From assembly GCA_016748015.1 (NCBI GenBank), contig JAAOMT010000706.1, positions 234,764 to 298,763 on the forward strand: a stretch of 64,000 nucleotides of DNA. The letters run 5' to 3'. Below are positions 24,601 to 38,440 of this stretch, piece by piece. Both the position numbers and the translations under genes were made by a program. Origin of the DNA: Geosiphon pyriformis uo1. Its lineage: Eukaryota; Fungi; Glomeromycota. The notes beneath the pieces were generated by a model. It saw nothing but the letters and a program-made list of their open reading frames with translations. It was not told the DNA's origin and searched no databases. Positions within the stretch are counted from its first letter, which is position 1; the number at the start of each line of letters is the position of its first letter.

Positions 24601-27295
24601 TTTCAATAAACTGTATCACTATTCTTATGATGCTGAAATGATTTTTGACTTAGCAATAACATTAATCAATAGAGCCACCCAAGAAAATGTCCACCAAATG
24701 AAAGAAGTTAAATATATTAAGTATACTATGGAATTAGCTGAATTTGATTATGAAGATGAAATAGAAACCTACTACCAAATTGCAAGTAATACATACTCAA
24801 CTAAAAAAGCTCAAATTCAACAATTAGAGCAAATGAACATTCAATTATGTGAAAAATGTGTTATGCTTTGTGATGATCAATGGTGTTTAGAATGTTATGC
24901 TTTTAGCATTCCCTTACCAGATGAGAATCATAAAAATAAAATCGAATTTGAAGTATCTGAACTGGTAGAAAAACTACCAACCACCCTTATTTATCTTTTT
25001 GAAAATCAATCATTCTTATAACTTAAATATTTTGACAACCATGGCCAAAAAATTAGACCAGAAAAAGCACATGAGATTGATGCTGGATATGATCTAAGAT
25101 ACTCTGGAAAAAATACTTTAGTTCTCCAACCAAAGTCCTTGACAAAAATCAATCTCAAAATTACTCTTGAAATTCTACCTGGAGCAATGGTTCAAATTGT
25201 ATCTAAATTATTATTGGCAAGCAAAGGAATCAACATTAGAGGAGGAATTATAGATGCAAGATATACTGGAGACATTACAATCATGTTGCAGAATGAAACA
25301 GACAAATTATTTAGAATTGAACATGCTGAAAAGATTGCTCAAGCAATTTACTTACCCCTAATCAACATTTCGGGTTTACAGTCAGTAAACAACAGAGAAC
25401 AATTGGGAAAAAATGAAAGAGAAACTCAAGATTTTGGATTAACTGGACAATTTACAGTGCCAGTAAACATAGCTCTTAATGTACAGAATAAATCTCACCA
25501 GATTTTTCAACTTTTCTAATCAATCACCATTTCACTTTTTGGAAAACATCAAAAAATTTACACTTGCTCAAAACCCACCACCACTCAACAAATCTTTGAG
25601 TTCAATGAACAAATCTGTTTAAAGCATGAAATCTCAATTTCAAACGTTTATATTCCCAAAGAAATGAAAAAATTTCGAGTTACTTTTTACAATCCCAATA
25701 ATTATTCTATTGTTTTATCGAACAAATTAGAGATTAGAATTATACACAGTAATATTTTTCAAGATGAAAACTCTCAAATTGTCTCTAATTTTATTGAAAT
25801 TATAAGACATACTCTACTTCCAAATCCAAATATTATCTTTACTACTGAAAACTACTATCTTTTGAAAGAAAAACTCTCTCGAATCAACATGGGTCCCTTA
25901 AAACCTCAACAACAAAGACAATTAAAACAGCTAATAGCTGAATTTGCAAATATATTTACAAAAAACAACAATAATCTTGAAAAAACTGATATTGTTTAAC
26001 ATCAGATCCACACAGAAGATGCTCTACCAAAATGTCAATAAGCTTATCAAGTGCCATCTGCCAGCCACCAATTTATCAGAGAAGAAGTTTAGAGAATGCT
26101 CAATAATGAATTGATTTAACCATTAAGAAGTCCTTGGGCCTTACTAGTAGTATTTGTTAAAAAGAAAAAGAAAAAAATCAGATTCTGTGTAGTTTATTGT
26201 CAGCTCAACAGCATGACAATTGAAAATGCCTATCCACTTTCAAGAATTAATGACATGCTAGATGCATTGGGAAAAGCCAAGTTCTTTTCAACTTTAAACT
26301 TGGAAAGTGGATACTAACAAGTTGAAATGGACTCAAAAAATCGACCCAAAACAGCATTTACCACTTAAGGAGAAAACTATAAGTTCAATATTATGCCTTT
26401 TGAACTCTGCAATGCACTAGCAACATTCTAATGACTTATGGATGTTGTATATGAAAGATTCTTGTGGAAATCAGTAGTTGTTTATCTTGATAATATTAAT
26501 GTGTACTCACCAAGCTTTGAAGCTTATTTTATCCACTTGTAAGAAGTTTTTCAATGATTACAGAAAGCAGAATTAAAGTTGAATATTGAAAAATGTCACT
26601 TTGGAAAAACAAGTTTAATTTTTCTTGAACACATTGTTAGCAAAGATGGAGTCAAACCAAACTTTAGAACAATTAGTGCTGTCAAAACCTTTCAAACTTT
26701 CAAAAATACCACAGAACTATGAGGATTTGTAAGATTAGTCTCCTACTATTAAAAATTCATAAAAAGATTCTCAAAAATTGCCAAACCACTCAATTATCTT
26801 ATCAACAAAAATGTGCCATACCAATGAACTGAAGAACAACAGAAAGCTTTTGAAACTCTTAAGACAAAATTAACAACAGCCATAGTTCTTGCTTATCCAG
26901 ATTTTAACAAACAATTTCAACTAGCCATTGATGCTTTACACATAGCATTTGGTGTCATTTTATCACAATTAGATAAAAATGGCCAGAAACAAGTCATTGT
27001 TTATGCCAGTAGAACACTCAAGTCAACAGAACTCAAATATGGCTCAACTGAATTAGAAGCTGCCACAGTTATTTGGGCTATTAAACATTTTCAACAATAT
27101 CTAAAGAATGGAAAAAAATTTGATATCATAACTAACAACATTGGTCTTAAATGGCTTAATAAAAAGAAAACTGAACAAAGTGCCAAACAGTCTTAATGGA
27201 ATAATTTCCTAGCAGACTACAAATATTTTGTACACCATAAACCAAGAAAACTACATACCAATATTGATAGTCTTTCAAGAATGAGACAAGATTAA
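18695..27295 (+). pseudogene. gag-PR-Cys-rich-dUTPase-RT-RNaseH of A2, interrupted by element D
   Basis: Colinear with A1; dUTPase at about 25050-25447 (AGYDL, GGIIDARYTG, KIAQ); ends DSLSRMRQD-TAA. Confidence 0.9.
20240..23220 (+). mobile_element. Non-autonomous LTR element D (two 1420-bp LTRs, 141-bp internal region)
   Basis: LTRs 20240-21659 and 21801-23220, TGTTACC...GGTAACA; TSD CCAA; PBS-like T(A/G)GTGCCCT at 21662; purine tract AAAGGTGGAAAAAA before 21801; no coding domains. Confidence 0.92.
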
Positions 27296-27350
27296 CACCA
27301 CTAACAATTCCACTACAACTTACTATTATCAACAAAACAACAAAACAACA

Positions 27351-28747
27351 ATAGATCCCAAAAATTATAACAACCTCAAAAACTATTTGGAGACTCTTAC
27401 CATGTCAGAAAATTGGTTTCCAAGTGAAAAACATCGATTACAACACCAATCCAAACAATATTTCATACACCATAACAAAATCTATTACAAAAATTGTAGA
27501 AACCTAAACCAACTACTCAGATTAATACAGGAAAATGAAAAAAAAACAATCTTATACAACATGCACACAGATTTATTTTCAGCATACTTGGGAAGAGATG
27601 AAACAATTCAAAGAATCCTTGAACACTATTTTTGGCTTCATATGCAAAAAAACATTCAACAATATATAGAATCTTGTGATAGTTGTCAAAAAAGAGAAGA
27701 AACTCACCCTACAGAATCTTTAAATCCAATCAAAGTTGAACAACTTTTTAACAGAGTGGAAATTGATTTAGTTGGATTATTACTTATCACAACCCAAGGA
27801 AATTGTTATATTGCAGTTGCAATAGATTATCTTATCAAATGGTCTAAAGCTAGAGTCATCCAAAAAGCAAATACAAAATCAGTAGCAAATTTTATCTATA
27901 AAGACATTATTTGTAGACATAAATGCCAATTGAACTTTTATCTAATCAGGAACACATTTTGTGAACAACTTAATACAAAAAATTTGTAAATGATTCAATG
28001 TCAAAAGACCTCTATTATCACCTTATTACCTTCGAACAAATAGACTTGTAGAACATTTCAATAGAATATTTCAATAGAACATTGTGTAAATTTTTAGCCA
28101 AAGTCTTAACAAATTTTAAGCAGAAATGAGATATCTTTATTCCATCAATGTTGCTAGCATACAGAACACTAAAACAAAATACTATAAAACACACACTATT
28201 TGATCTTACTTATAGAAGAACAGCAATATTACCAATTAATTTCACAGTAGAAACATATCCAGTACAACCAATCAATGAAAAAAACTTTCAAGAAACACTT
28301 CAAAGAAGAGCTTACACTCTTTTTAGCACATTGGAAAAAAAGAGACACATAGCAGCCACTCATATTAAACACTCCCAAGCCCTACAAAAAGAAAGGCATA
28401 ACAATAAATTGCCATCAATTACCAATAAATTTAGAATTGGAAATAAAGTTTTCTTACACAGAACTAAGACTGAAAAACAATGGAGTGGAAAATTTGAACA
28501 TAAATAGGATGGACCATTTTATATTCACAAAATTTTAGGCAATGAATCATATAAGTTAAAACTTGATGACAAAGTACTAACAAAAGTTGCACATAGAGAT
28601 AAATTGAAATACTATTATTCCAGAAACAATTCTAAACCATTAAATACACAAATTGGTACATATTCCCCTTTAGTTAATCCTGAAGATATTCCCCAAAATT
28701 TAGAATCAATAGTTATAATAGAACAACAATTAAACTTGAATACTTAA
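27351..28747 (+). pseudogene. Integrase of A2 (separate ORF)
   Basis: ORFs 27387-27989 and 28148-28507; HHCC, IDLVG and GPF motifs. Confidence 0.9.
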
Positions 28748-28905
28748 TTTAACATTTTTATAATAATCTCTTCTAAAATACACAAACATAAAAACAAAAA
28801 TAGTAAATAATTACAAGAAACACTCAAACCCAAAAACAAATAAAAATCTTATACTCAAAAATAATTTTTTTTATTTTTATTTTTATTAATTAGTCAATTG
28901 TTATT

Positions 28906-29613
28906 ATGATTATTCCCCGAAATATTCAAAAAATATCCCAAAAATTAATGTTAGTCTTAAAAACACTTCCTGACTTATCTATAATGATTAATGGAAGTCA
29001 AATTAATTACATTCAGAAAAAAACCACAGCCCCAGTAGTAAACAATTCTCAGAACTATCACTCCTATAGAAAAAAAACAAGAGGTCATTCTGAAAATAGG
29101 TTACCAAAACTTTTGAAGCAAGCATTAAAAAAAAACCTTTTAATTGCTCCTATTGACATTTTACCAAATGCCACAATTCAACAAAAACTTTTACTATTTC
29201 TTAATAAACAGAACAATGAACATACCCTTATATATAGATATTTTTATATTGAAAAAACACTTTATGAACAAAAACTGGAACTTGAAGCAACCAACATTAT
29301 TCCTGAGACTATACAAAAACAAATTCACAATGAATTCAAGACAACAACTGGATCAACAAACATTTGTTACAAACTTAGAGCAACATCTAGACTCTATAAT
29401 TTATTCAACACTTGTGAAAACATTCTACAAAATCCAATACTCTATTCAATGAAAGTTCAATACATTGGAAAGTTCACAGAACTGAAATTTCAAAAATTTT
29501 CAGACCAGATCACTTTAATTATCTTGGACTACTATCTTGACATTACAGATAGTACTTGGACTTTGATAGAGCTCAGTTTTGAGGAGGAGATTATGTTACT
29601 AGTAGAATTTTAG
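28906..29613 (+). CDS. Accessory ORF3 of A2, 235 aa, still open, unknown function
   Basis: ATG-initiated ORF between the IN stop and the 3' LTR; homologous ORFs in A1 and B2. Confidence 0.75.
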   Translation: MIIPRNIQKISQKLMLVLKTLPDLSIMINGSQINYIQKKTTAPVVNNSQNYHSYRKKTRGHSENRLPKLLKQALKKNLLIAPIDILPNATIQQKLLLFLNKQNNEHTLIYRYFYIEKTLYEQKLELEATNIIPETIQKQIHNEFKTTTGSTNICYKLRATSRLYNLFNTCENILQNPILYSMKVQYIGKFTELKFQKFSDQITLIILDYYLDITDSTWTLIELSFEEEIMLLVEF

Positions 29614-30566
29614 CTATTAATTAGCATAAAATTATCCTCATAATTCCTATTATTAATTAGCATACATTATTATTTATTTCAATTATTACTTATTATTTAA
29701 TCAAATTATCAAATATCATTACTTAATCAATAATCCGATTTGTACTCTAGAAATTAAGATGATCAAATTACACAATATTTTGAACCATTTAACATAGTCA
29801 AAATTCGCCGAAATTAATGAAAATTGGCCGAAATAATCAACAAATTCAGTGAAATAACTTGTAGTTTGTTGAAATATATCTTTAATTTACCCAAATTGTA
29901 GCAAAAAGAAAAGTGCAAGTTCAAAAACTAGTACTACAAATTATATAAAAGAAGAGCTTTTCTTTTCAAAAAAATATATCTTCTCATAGTATTTTACTAT
30001 AGTATCTTACTTTAGATATTTTAATTGAAACAAATCACTTTTTACAAAATCAAATAAAAATCAAATATTCGAAAACCAAATTCTTTGATTATTACACTTG
30101 AAATTCCCTCAACACAAACTAACATTTTGAAATTAATTAGCTACCAATTTCAATAATCTGTTAGTGACTCCAGGCCTGGATAGAAAACGTTTTCCTTGAT
30201 AAAATTTTATTTCTTTTACATTTTCTTTTCTTTTTCTTTTCTTTTTTTATTATAATTATTAGGATAGCCTACAGACAAGATTCCTGTAGAAGAGTTGACT
30301 TTCACAGCAAAGTAATTACACATTTTTAGTAAGCTTTCAGATGAGCAATTCTTGGAAAAAAGTTGATGTTTACTACAACATAACTACACAAAGTAACTGG
30401 CACAGAATTGGCTATTCCACTTATAAGCCCAGCAGTTCAAATTATAGGAGATAATTTGAAGATAAATTCAGTTACTGGAGGTCCAATTACTTCCTGAAAA
30501 ACGTGAATTCACAGCAAATCAACATTAATAACATCCAAAAAAAAAGACCAAAAACCTCTGGTAACA
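29594..30566 (+). repeat. 3' LTR of A2
   Basis: TGTTACTAG...CTGGTAACA, after PPT 29581-29590. Confidence 0.93.
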
Positions 30567-32458
30567 TCAGAATTGAAGACAAAGTACTTTTATATTATAT
30601 CAAAGTAAAAAAACAATGGAATAGAAAATTTGACTTCAAATGAGATAGACCATTTTATATAGAAAAAAGTCTAGGAAATAGAGCTTATAAATTAAGATTA
30701 AACAACAAAATTTTAACCAAAACAGTACATAAAAATTGACTGAAATCATATCACAATATAGCATCATCATCTACTAGTAATATTTTACAATTAGAAGTAC
30801 AAAGAATACTAGTCTGACCAGATAAGATTTCATGAGATCTAAAACCAATTATTATTATCGACACAAACACATCAAATTGATTAACCAAAAGAATATATAA
30901 AGACATGATAGATGTGATAGAAGATATCAAAAAAATGGAAATTACTAATGAGATTCACTTGCTAACACAACAACTCTTTCAATTAATTCAACAACAGAAT
31001 ATAGAAATTACTATCAACCAATAAACTATTTGATACAAAAATACCAGAAAAATATCTCAATACAAAGTACAGAAGAAACCAGAAAACACTGTCAAAAAAA
31101 TAATTCTAAAAGTAAAATTGGTAATAGAAAAGCCAACAAATATCACCCCATATTAAGAATTGACTAAAGAAACTTGGAAGTAGTGGATACAAGAATTTCC
31201 AAATAACTTTTGTTATTTCCACTTAGGACAACATTTGAATATCCAAAACTTATATACAAATAAAACAAAGTAATTATTTGATCCAGAAATATTACAACAA
31301 TTTAAGCAATTTGTGAGAAAAAACAATCTAACTACATAAGCACAAGCCATTTACTAATTACAAGTTGGATTTCAAGACCAACCAGAAATCTTACTCAATT
31401 CAACAATGGACACCATTATTATTAACTAAATGGGAAAAATAACTAATACTCAATTTGAAAAATTACAGAACAAGATAACACAAGTAATTCTCAAAAAAAA
31501 AGTTCAAGAAATACTCAAAAACGGAGAGTTAGAATTAGAAAATCTTGATAGAACTCAATATTAAAAGAAGAAAATAATATTACTTATAGAATATAGAAAG
31601 TATATTAATGTATAAATTAGCCAGTCAGAGGTAGATGTAATAAATGTGGAATTCCAGAATTCCTCTCAGAAGAATTACAGAATTTTAAAAATTTCAGGAT
31701 TCTCATATGAGAAATTGCAAGATTCCAGAATTCCAGAATTCCTCTTAAAGGAATTGCAGAATTTCAAGAATTCCAGAATTCCTGGTGTGAAGAATTGAGG
31801 AATTGAGAAATCTCAATTATGTATATATAGCAATAGTATTAGAAGTAAAAAAGACAAATCTCTCAGTTTAGATTTGATCTAAGCAATCTTTCAAATTACA
31901 AATATCAATAAATAATTATTTTTTATCTTAATTCACTCTCCACTATCAACACTTTATGTTGATAGTAATCCATACATGATCACACTAGAACAATAGCTCT
32001 TAATTATGGCTATTGACAGGATACTAACTTAATTGCCTTGGCTTATTTTTTTTTGTTATCTTTTCTTTTTTTTTATTTATTGTTGTATACTAATTGATTA
32101 AGGATTAAGCACTGAATTATTGATGTCAGAGTATAGCACTGGTAAAAAACTCAAAAATAAGAGTAGACACTCAATTTGAGGATAGCTTATCAGAAGATTG
32201 CTGGCCATTATACTGAGAAAAAAATTGACAGAATTGCAATTCCAGGAAGTGATAGACAACAAACCACCTTAATCTGAGAGTTGATATGGAAGCATCACTA
32301 AAGAAAAAACACATTTGAATCTCTGTTTATTATACAAAAGACTCAACCAAAATCTTCAGATACAAAAACCTTTAGATATTACCAATATAATTTAGTTATT
32401 AAGCACCAAGTTATGGGTTTGTTATTTGATTTAAGACTCCAAATAATTACCTATAATA
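30567..32458 (+). mobile_element. B2 3' end: IN C-terminus, ORF3, PPT and 3' LTR (31578-32458)
   Basis: Degenerate GPF region; LTR matches the reverse complement of 10849-11725 and 46446-47319; purine tract 31563-31574. Confidence 0.87.
30905..31577 (+). pseudogene. Accessory ORF3 of family B
   Basis: Read-through translation: YFHLGQHL, ILQQFK, ILLNSTMDTIIINxMGKITNTQFEKLQNKITQVIL align with A ORF3 YFQIGKTL, IYNEFK, VLQNSILQPIKVQYIGKLTELKFQQFSNQIISIIL. Confidence 0.7.
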
Positions 32459-35400
32459 CTGTCTTAGTTTTTATATATATTTAAATTTACAATTTAATTT
32501 ATTATCAATGAATTACATTTTAATAATAATAATTGGTTTTAGATTTCATAGTATATTTTCTGGTCTAATTAATAGAATTTGTGTTTTTACAAATAACAAA
32601 AACTTTTGGTTGATATAATAAATTTTCAGTCAATTTTTATGTGCTATTTTCTTTAAAATTTTGTTTTTTAATTGTAATTTGTATGCTCTATTGCCTAAAA
32701 CTTTGTGTATATAAAATAGTCTGTTCTATTTTGAGTTAAATTTTCTATTTTACTGTTTTTTAGCTTTAATACAATTTAATAATATTCTGTCTCTAATCTT
32801 AAATTTAGCTAGTTGGTCAAATAGACAATTATTATGTCTCTCTTTTTGTTATTTCTGAGTATTACCAATATTGTTAGCTGCTGTTTTACAATTGTTTTTT
32901 AATGTTTCCATTAACTAGTATGTTTTATGATATAAAATAGCTTTAAAATTTTTTTTGGTAATTAATTCTTTTGAGAAAAATAGTATTTTTTATTCAATAT
33001 ATAGAGTAATTTGTCTTTTATAAACTAGTTCAAATAGTGTAAACTAGATAGTATTTTGCTTTTGTGTTTGATATACAAATAATACAAAGAATATAAAAAA
33101 GTCTTATTTTTGTGTATTTTTGTAACTTATTTTTATTAATGCTTTACATAATATTTAGTTAAATTGTTTTATCAGTTTATTTGTTTGTAAATAATATGAC
33201 AATAATAATAATTACTTTATTTTAAATTGTTGGCTTAGTTTGGTTAATATATTATTAACAAAATAAGTTTCTTGGTTAAATAATAATTTTTTTGGATATT
33301 TATATTAGCAAATTAAATCTTGATATACAAATTTGGCTATTGTTTTAGTGTTAACTACTGAAATAACTCTGGCTTTAGGCTATTTAATAAAGTAGTTTAC
33401 AGCTATAATAATGTGGCGATTTTTTTTGAATGTAATTAAGAAAGAACCAACCAAATTAATTCTAATTCTATTAAATAAATTTTTAACTGAAATAGGTTAA
33501 AATGGTTTTATAATTTCAATTCCTTTTCTTTATTAATATAAGTTATAATTAATAATGTATTTAAAAATATTTTTATATATTATTGGCCAATAGTATAAAT
33601 CTATTGTTCTTTCTAAAGTAGTATCTTTATTAAAGTGTTCTATAGTTAAATCAAAATGCATACTATGCAAAACAGTTTTTTTTTACTATCTTTTATAACT
33701 TGTTGTGGAATAGTACAGTTTTGGCATTCATAATAATATAGTTGATTTTTTTAAATAATGTAATTGTAAACTTGTTTTTATATACCATTTTGTTCTTGTT
33801 AAGATAATTTCTTCTTAAACTGTATTGTTAATAGATACTGGTGTAATTGCTGATAGATAGTTGTGTTTATAAATCCAGAATTAAATTTGCATTATTTTTA
33901 ATAAACTGTTAATATTGGTGTTCTTAGTTCTTTACTTATAATGTACTTTGTATAGAAATTATTGCAAATAAGTATTTTATTGTACATATCTTTTTTTCAA
34001 TTATGGCTTGTTAAATAACTAAATAGATTCTTTGTAATTTATATATAAATCAAATGATTGGCAAAGATAGTGTTTTCAATTTGTACTGTTTTGTAAATAA
34101 TAAAACATTTTAAATCTGTTATGCTATATATTTTTTTTATTGGACTGGTACTGTAACTGGCATAAGTAATTGAGTGTTTTTAATTATTTAGTCTAATTTA
34201 AAATAAAATAACTCCTAATGTATTTTTTAAAGCATTTGTAACAACAATAAAGTGTTTATTGAAGTTTGGATAAATTAATATTGGTGTTTTTATTAAGCAT
34301 TGTTTAAAATAGTCAAAAGTTTCTTGTTGTTTTTTCTCTATAAATATAAAACATATTTTAACAATAAGTAATAAAGTGGTTTTGTAATGTTTGAAAAATC
34401 TTTGACAAATCTGCAGTAATATTTAGCCAATCTTAAAAATCTTTTTAGTTTTTATAGATCGGTTAAAGCCAAAAAGTTTTTGACTTTTTTTATTTTGTCT
34501 AAATCAGATTTTACTCTATTTTTTCTTATTATATGTCTTAAAAATTTTAGTTTAATCTTTTTAAAGAAGCATTTGTTTAGGTTAAGCTTTAGTTTGACAC
34601 TTTATAAGTGATTAAAAATTTGTTAAAGATAAAACAAATGATCATTAAATGTTTTTAAAAACACATTAGTATTGTCCAAATATACTACAACTGATTTCTA
34701 GAGAATTTTTTGTACACAACATTTATAAGACATTAGAAAATAGCTGGGATATTGCAAAGTTTAAAAAGCATTATATTGAATTTAAAGTTTCTGTCTTATA
34801 TAGTAAATGCTGTTTTCTCTTTGTTTTTGGAGTTTATTTTAACTTGCCAATATTTACTGGCTAAATTTAAAAAGAAAAATTATTTTTTATTCTCTAGGTT
34901 GTCTAAAATTTTCTGAATAAAAAAAGTTGAATAGTTATCTTCTCAAGTAATATTGTTGAATTTTCAATAGTTTATGTAAAACTGTATTTTTTCATTTTTT
35001 TTGGTAATCAATACTACTAAAAAAGACCAAAAACTTAATAATTTTTTGATCAATCTATTATTTAATATCTGTTGTACTTTTTGTTTAATTAAATTATTAC
35101 CTATTGAAGTTACTAAGTAGATTTATTGTTTAATGAGTCTGGTATTTCTTATGTTAATCTGATGTTTTACAATATCAGTATGTTTTTATTAATAAAGATA
35201 TTAACATATTGTTTTAAAAGAACTTTAAGTTACATTTGTTATAGAATACTTAAGTTTCTAAGATTTAATTTAACAATTTTTTCTGGTGTAAACAAGTAAT
35301 TTTTTTTTGGCAGGTTCTATACTTGAAAAGTAATATCACAAAATAAGAACAATTGTGTAAAGTTTGGAATAGACTGGGATTTTTTAGAATTTTAAATGTT

Positions 35401-36658
35401 TAAAGAAATAGAACAAACAAAAATTCCTTCAGAAATTTTAATAATATTTTTAATGAAATTGTAGATGGGGATTTTGAAGTGCTTGTGAACTTTGGCAGAT
35501 ATGTATAAGTTGACAACATTAGCTAAAAAACAAATTTCTGAATCAGTTTTAAATAAAAAGACTTGATTCTAAATTTTTTGATCTACTTTTAAGATATATT
35601 ATTAATATAAAAAGATAGAAATAACTATGTTGATATAAATAAGTTCTATTTTGTTATTGTTGTTTTCTATAAAATTAATTACTACATTTTTTCTTTTACT
35701 TAATCCAAATTTTTTAATTTTTTAAGTTGTAAGGCCTAATTTCTTACACATAGTTACTGGAGTTAATTGGAATATTTTTACAAAGAGCAGAAAGATAGCT
35801 TGGATGATTTTTTCTTGTAATTTAATTGTATAGAATTTATTAGAATTGTTTTGTAACATTACAATAATGTTCTTTGTATATTCTGAATTGATAATATTTC
35901 CTTTCACATTAATCTCTTTTTTTGCAAAACTAAACCAAAAAGCAACTTAGACTATAATATTAATAAAAATTTTTAAAGCTATTTTGAGATCTATTTTTAC
36001 AAAAAAATGTGAAACTATAACTATAAAGAATTGTTTGGAGTATTTTAAATCAAATTCAGTGTTGTTTTTATGTATTTTTTTAGGACATATTTTTTTGTTA
36101 TCATTATTATACTATTTTAGTTTTAATTCTTTGAAAAGATTAAAATAGACAAGATACTATTCTATTTTAATAGTCTTATTTGACTCTTAAAACAATATGC
36201 TTTCAGTAATAAACTCATATTTTTCCTCGGATTTTAATAGTTCAATGATAAAGTATAGTGTTCTTAAAAATAAATTAAACAAGAAATCACACTTTTCACA
36301 ATATTAAAAATAGCAAGAAATTAAAAAATAATTACGCAGTTTTATATTGAAGTCTGTTAGTCTTTGTTTTTGTTCTTTTTGAGTAGAAGCAAATTCTTAA
36401 TATTGGTCTTGAAATGCTTTAGTATTATTTGTAAATAAGTCCTCCATTTTTTTGATAGTTACTAGGGCATTCTTTATAACATGTACTTTTTTAATTGTGA
36501 TGTTTTTTTATTTTGTTGTGGTCATGTTCTAAATTTCTTTTTTATTGTAAGAGTATAAATCTAATTAGTTTATTACTTAACTATAGATTGTGGTAAATAG
36601 AGTTTTTTTTTATGTCTAGTTATTGATTAAAATAGTGTATTGACAGAATTTGTTATAT
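32459..36658 (-). mobile_element. Heavily decayed Gypsy E1 (Cys-rich, dUTPase, RT, RH, IN)
   Basis: dUTPase remnant 35722-35907 matches 56346-56579; RT remnants about 34300-35150; IN about 32540-33870; extremely AT-rich. Confidence 0.8.
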
Positions 36659-37162
36659 TGTTACCCAAATAAAAAAAACAAATCCAAAAGATATTGAAAA
36701 AACATGATTAAGAAATATGATAACATAGAAAAAATATAATAATACAAAATAACACAAAATAATATATTATAACTCAAGATAATATAAGATAACACAATAA
36801 TGTAAAATAGCACAAAATAACTAGTTATAATATAAAAAAATAAAGCAACAACAAAAATAGTAAGCAATAGCTAATAATAACAAATAATTAAAAAGCAATC
36901 TTGTAAAACTAAAAATATGTATAAAAATGAATAGTTTTAGCAATAAAGAAAAAACAAAAAGACAGAGAAAATAGTTAAATAGAAAATATATTTTTTATTT
37001 ATATCTACTAGATTTATTTTACTTATATATCTACATTATCTCAAATAAAAAAAATATTTGAAACTAAAAATCACTTATTTATAATTCTTGAATCTTATGT
37101 TTAAACCAAATTATTTATTTTCTTTTTTTGTTTCTAGCCAAATGCTCTTAACATAAAAATAT
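36659..37162. repeat. Probable LTR fragment of another family with AAAAT-rich low-complexity tract
   Basis: Starts TGTTACC exactly where E1 homology stops; no matching end or TSD found. Confidence 0.4.
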
Positions 37163-38440
37163 TGTTACTGAAAGATTTTTACACTTTTCAATGCAAAAAT
37201 TACAACACATACAATAGAAATTAACATCAAAATCATGCAAAAAAGACCTACATCATCACATTTAATCAACAAAATCAGCCAGCAATCTGAAAATAAATAA
37301 TCAGCAATCAATCTAATTACAACAAAGAAATATAGCACAATCTAACAGTTTAATTAAGTTGGATACAAAGAAATCTTGGCAAACTAAGAAACACCAATAG
37401 AAATGAATGATTGATGTATATAATCAGATAACAACAGGCTTTGTTATGCTCCAAAATTTTCATGCACCCTTATTAGAACAATCTAACATTTCAGATCTGT
37501 AATCAATAGTTAAAAGTAGTTATCAAGAAATGTAATTAATTGATCTACTTCTGATTACATTAAAATGTATAAATAATTGATGTATTTTAAATAGTTTTAA
37601 TATAATATGTAGATCTGATGTAATTTAGCTATATATACAGCCTTTTTGTCAGCTCAGAAAAGCATTAGTTCAATACTGAGCCAACTCTTTGCTATAGTTT
37701 TATAGTAAGCAATTAGTTTTTTCTTCTATCTCTTACTTTTTTTTTTCCTTTTTCTATGTTTTAAATACTTGTTATTACAATCTCAAGTATGTCTTCCTAT
37801 ATTTTTTATCACCATTTGAAATCACATTGTTTATAATTTTTTACTTACTTGTTATTACTATTTCAAGTCATTCTATTATTTCTGATCTTTTAAATCATGT
37901 GTTATTATCATTTCACATTAAGTTTTGTTTTACTAAACAAGTTGCTCAATATAAAACTAAGTAATAAAAAATATTATGTTGTTAGAGAATGATCTCAACA
38001 ATAAAAAGTTTAATTAAAATCTATTTTAGTTATGTTTTACTTTCACAATTCCTTTTATAATTCCTATAACTTTGTTTTTAAAGTGGGCATTTGAACACCA
38101 CACTCTTTTAATGACTAATTGAAAAAATTCTGGTTATAATTTTATTAAGTAGTTTTGGTTTCTCCTTGTTGCTAGTTGCACTTCTGATACATATAAAGAG
38201 ATGTGACTTCTTTTTTCCCTTTAAAATATCTAAGACTGGTTTTTGCCCAAAAACAAATAATAATGACAATACTTTCTTTTAGTTTTAATGACCTTATCAC
38301 GTACCCTTTTTTGCTCTCCTACCTACTGAAATAGTCCATACATCCATAATATATTATAATTAGTAGCATAATCATGATAATATGTGTTACCAGTTGAGCT
38401 AAGAAATGTTTCCTAATACTGACAAAAACCATTGGTAACA
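37163..38440 (+). repeat. Solo LTR of family D (internal deletion, variant 3' end)
   Basis: Colinear with 20240-21659 apart from a deletion of about 125 bp; ends TGGTAACA; TSD ATAT/ATGT. Confidence 0.85.

Larger units (their letters stand above)
15376..30566 (+). mobile_element. Full-length Gypsy A2 inserted in the B2 integrase; hosts two younger insertions
   Basis: 5' LTR 15376-18649 (split), 3' LTR 29594-30566; TSD TTAG/TCAG; host reading PVKF|RIEDKVLL restored on removal. Confidence 0.93.

Noticed and set aside
36700-36900. AAAAT-type and T-rich tracts (also 38500-38580, 57510-57575) as telomeric or functional repeats
   Set aside because: Irregular low-complexity sequence within decayed LTR-like DNA
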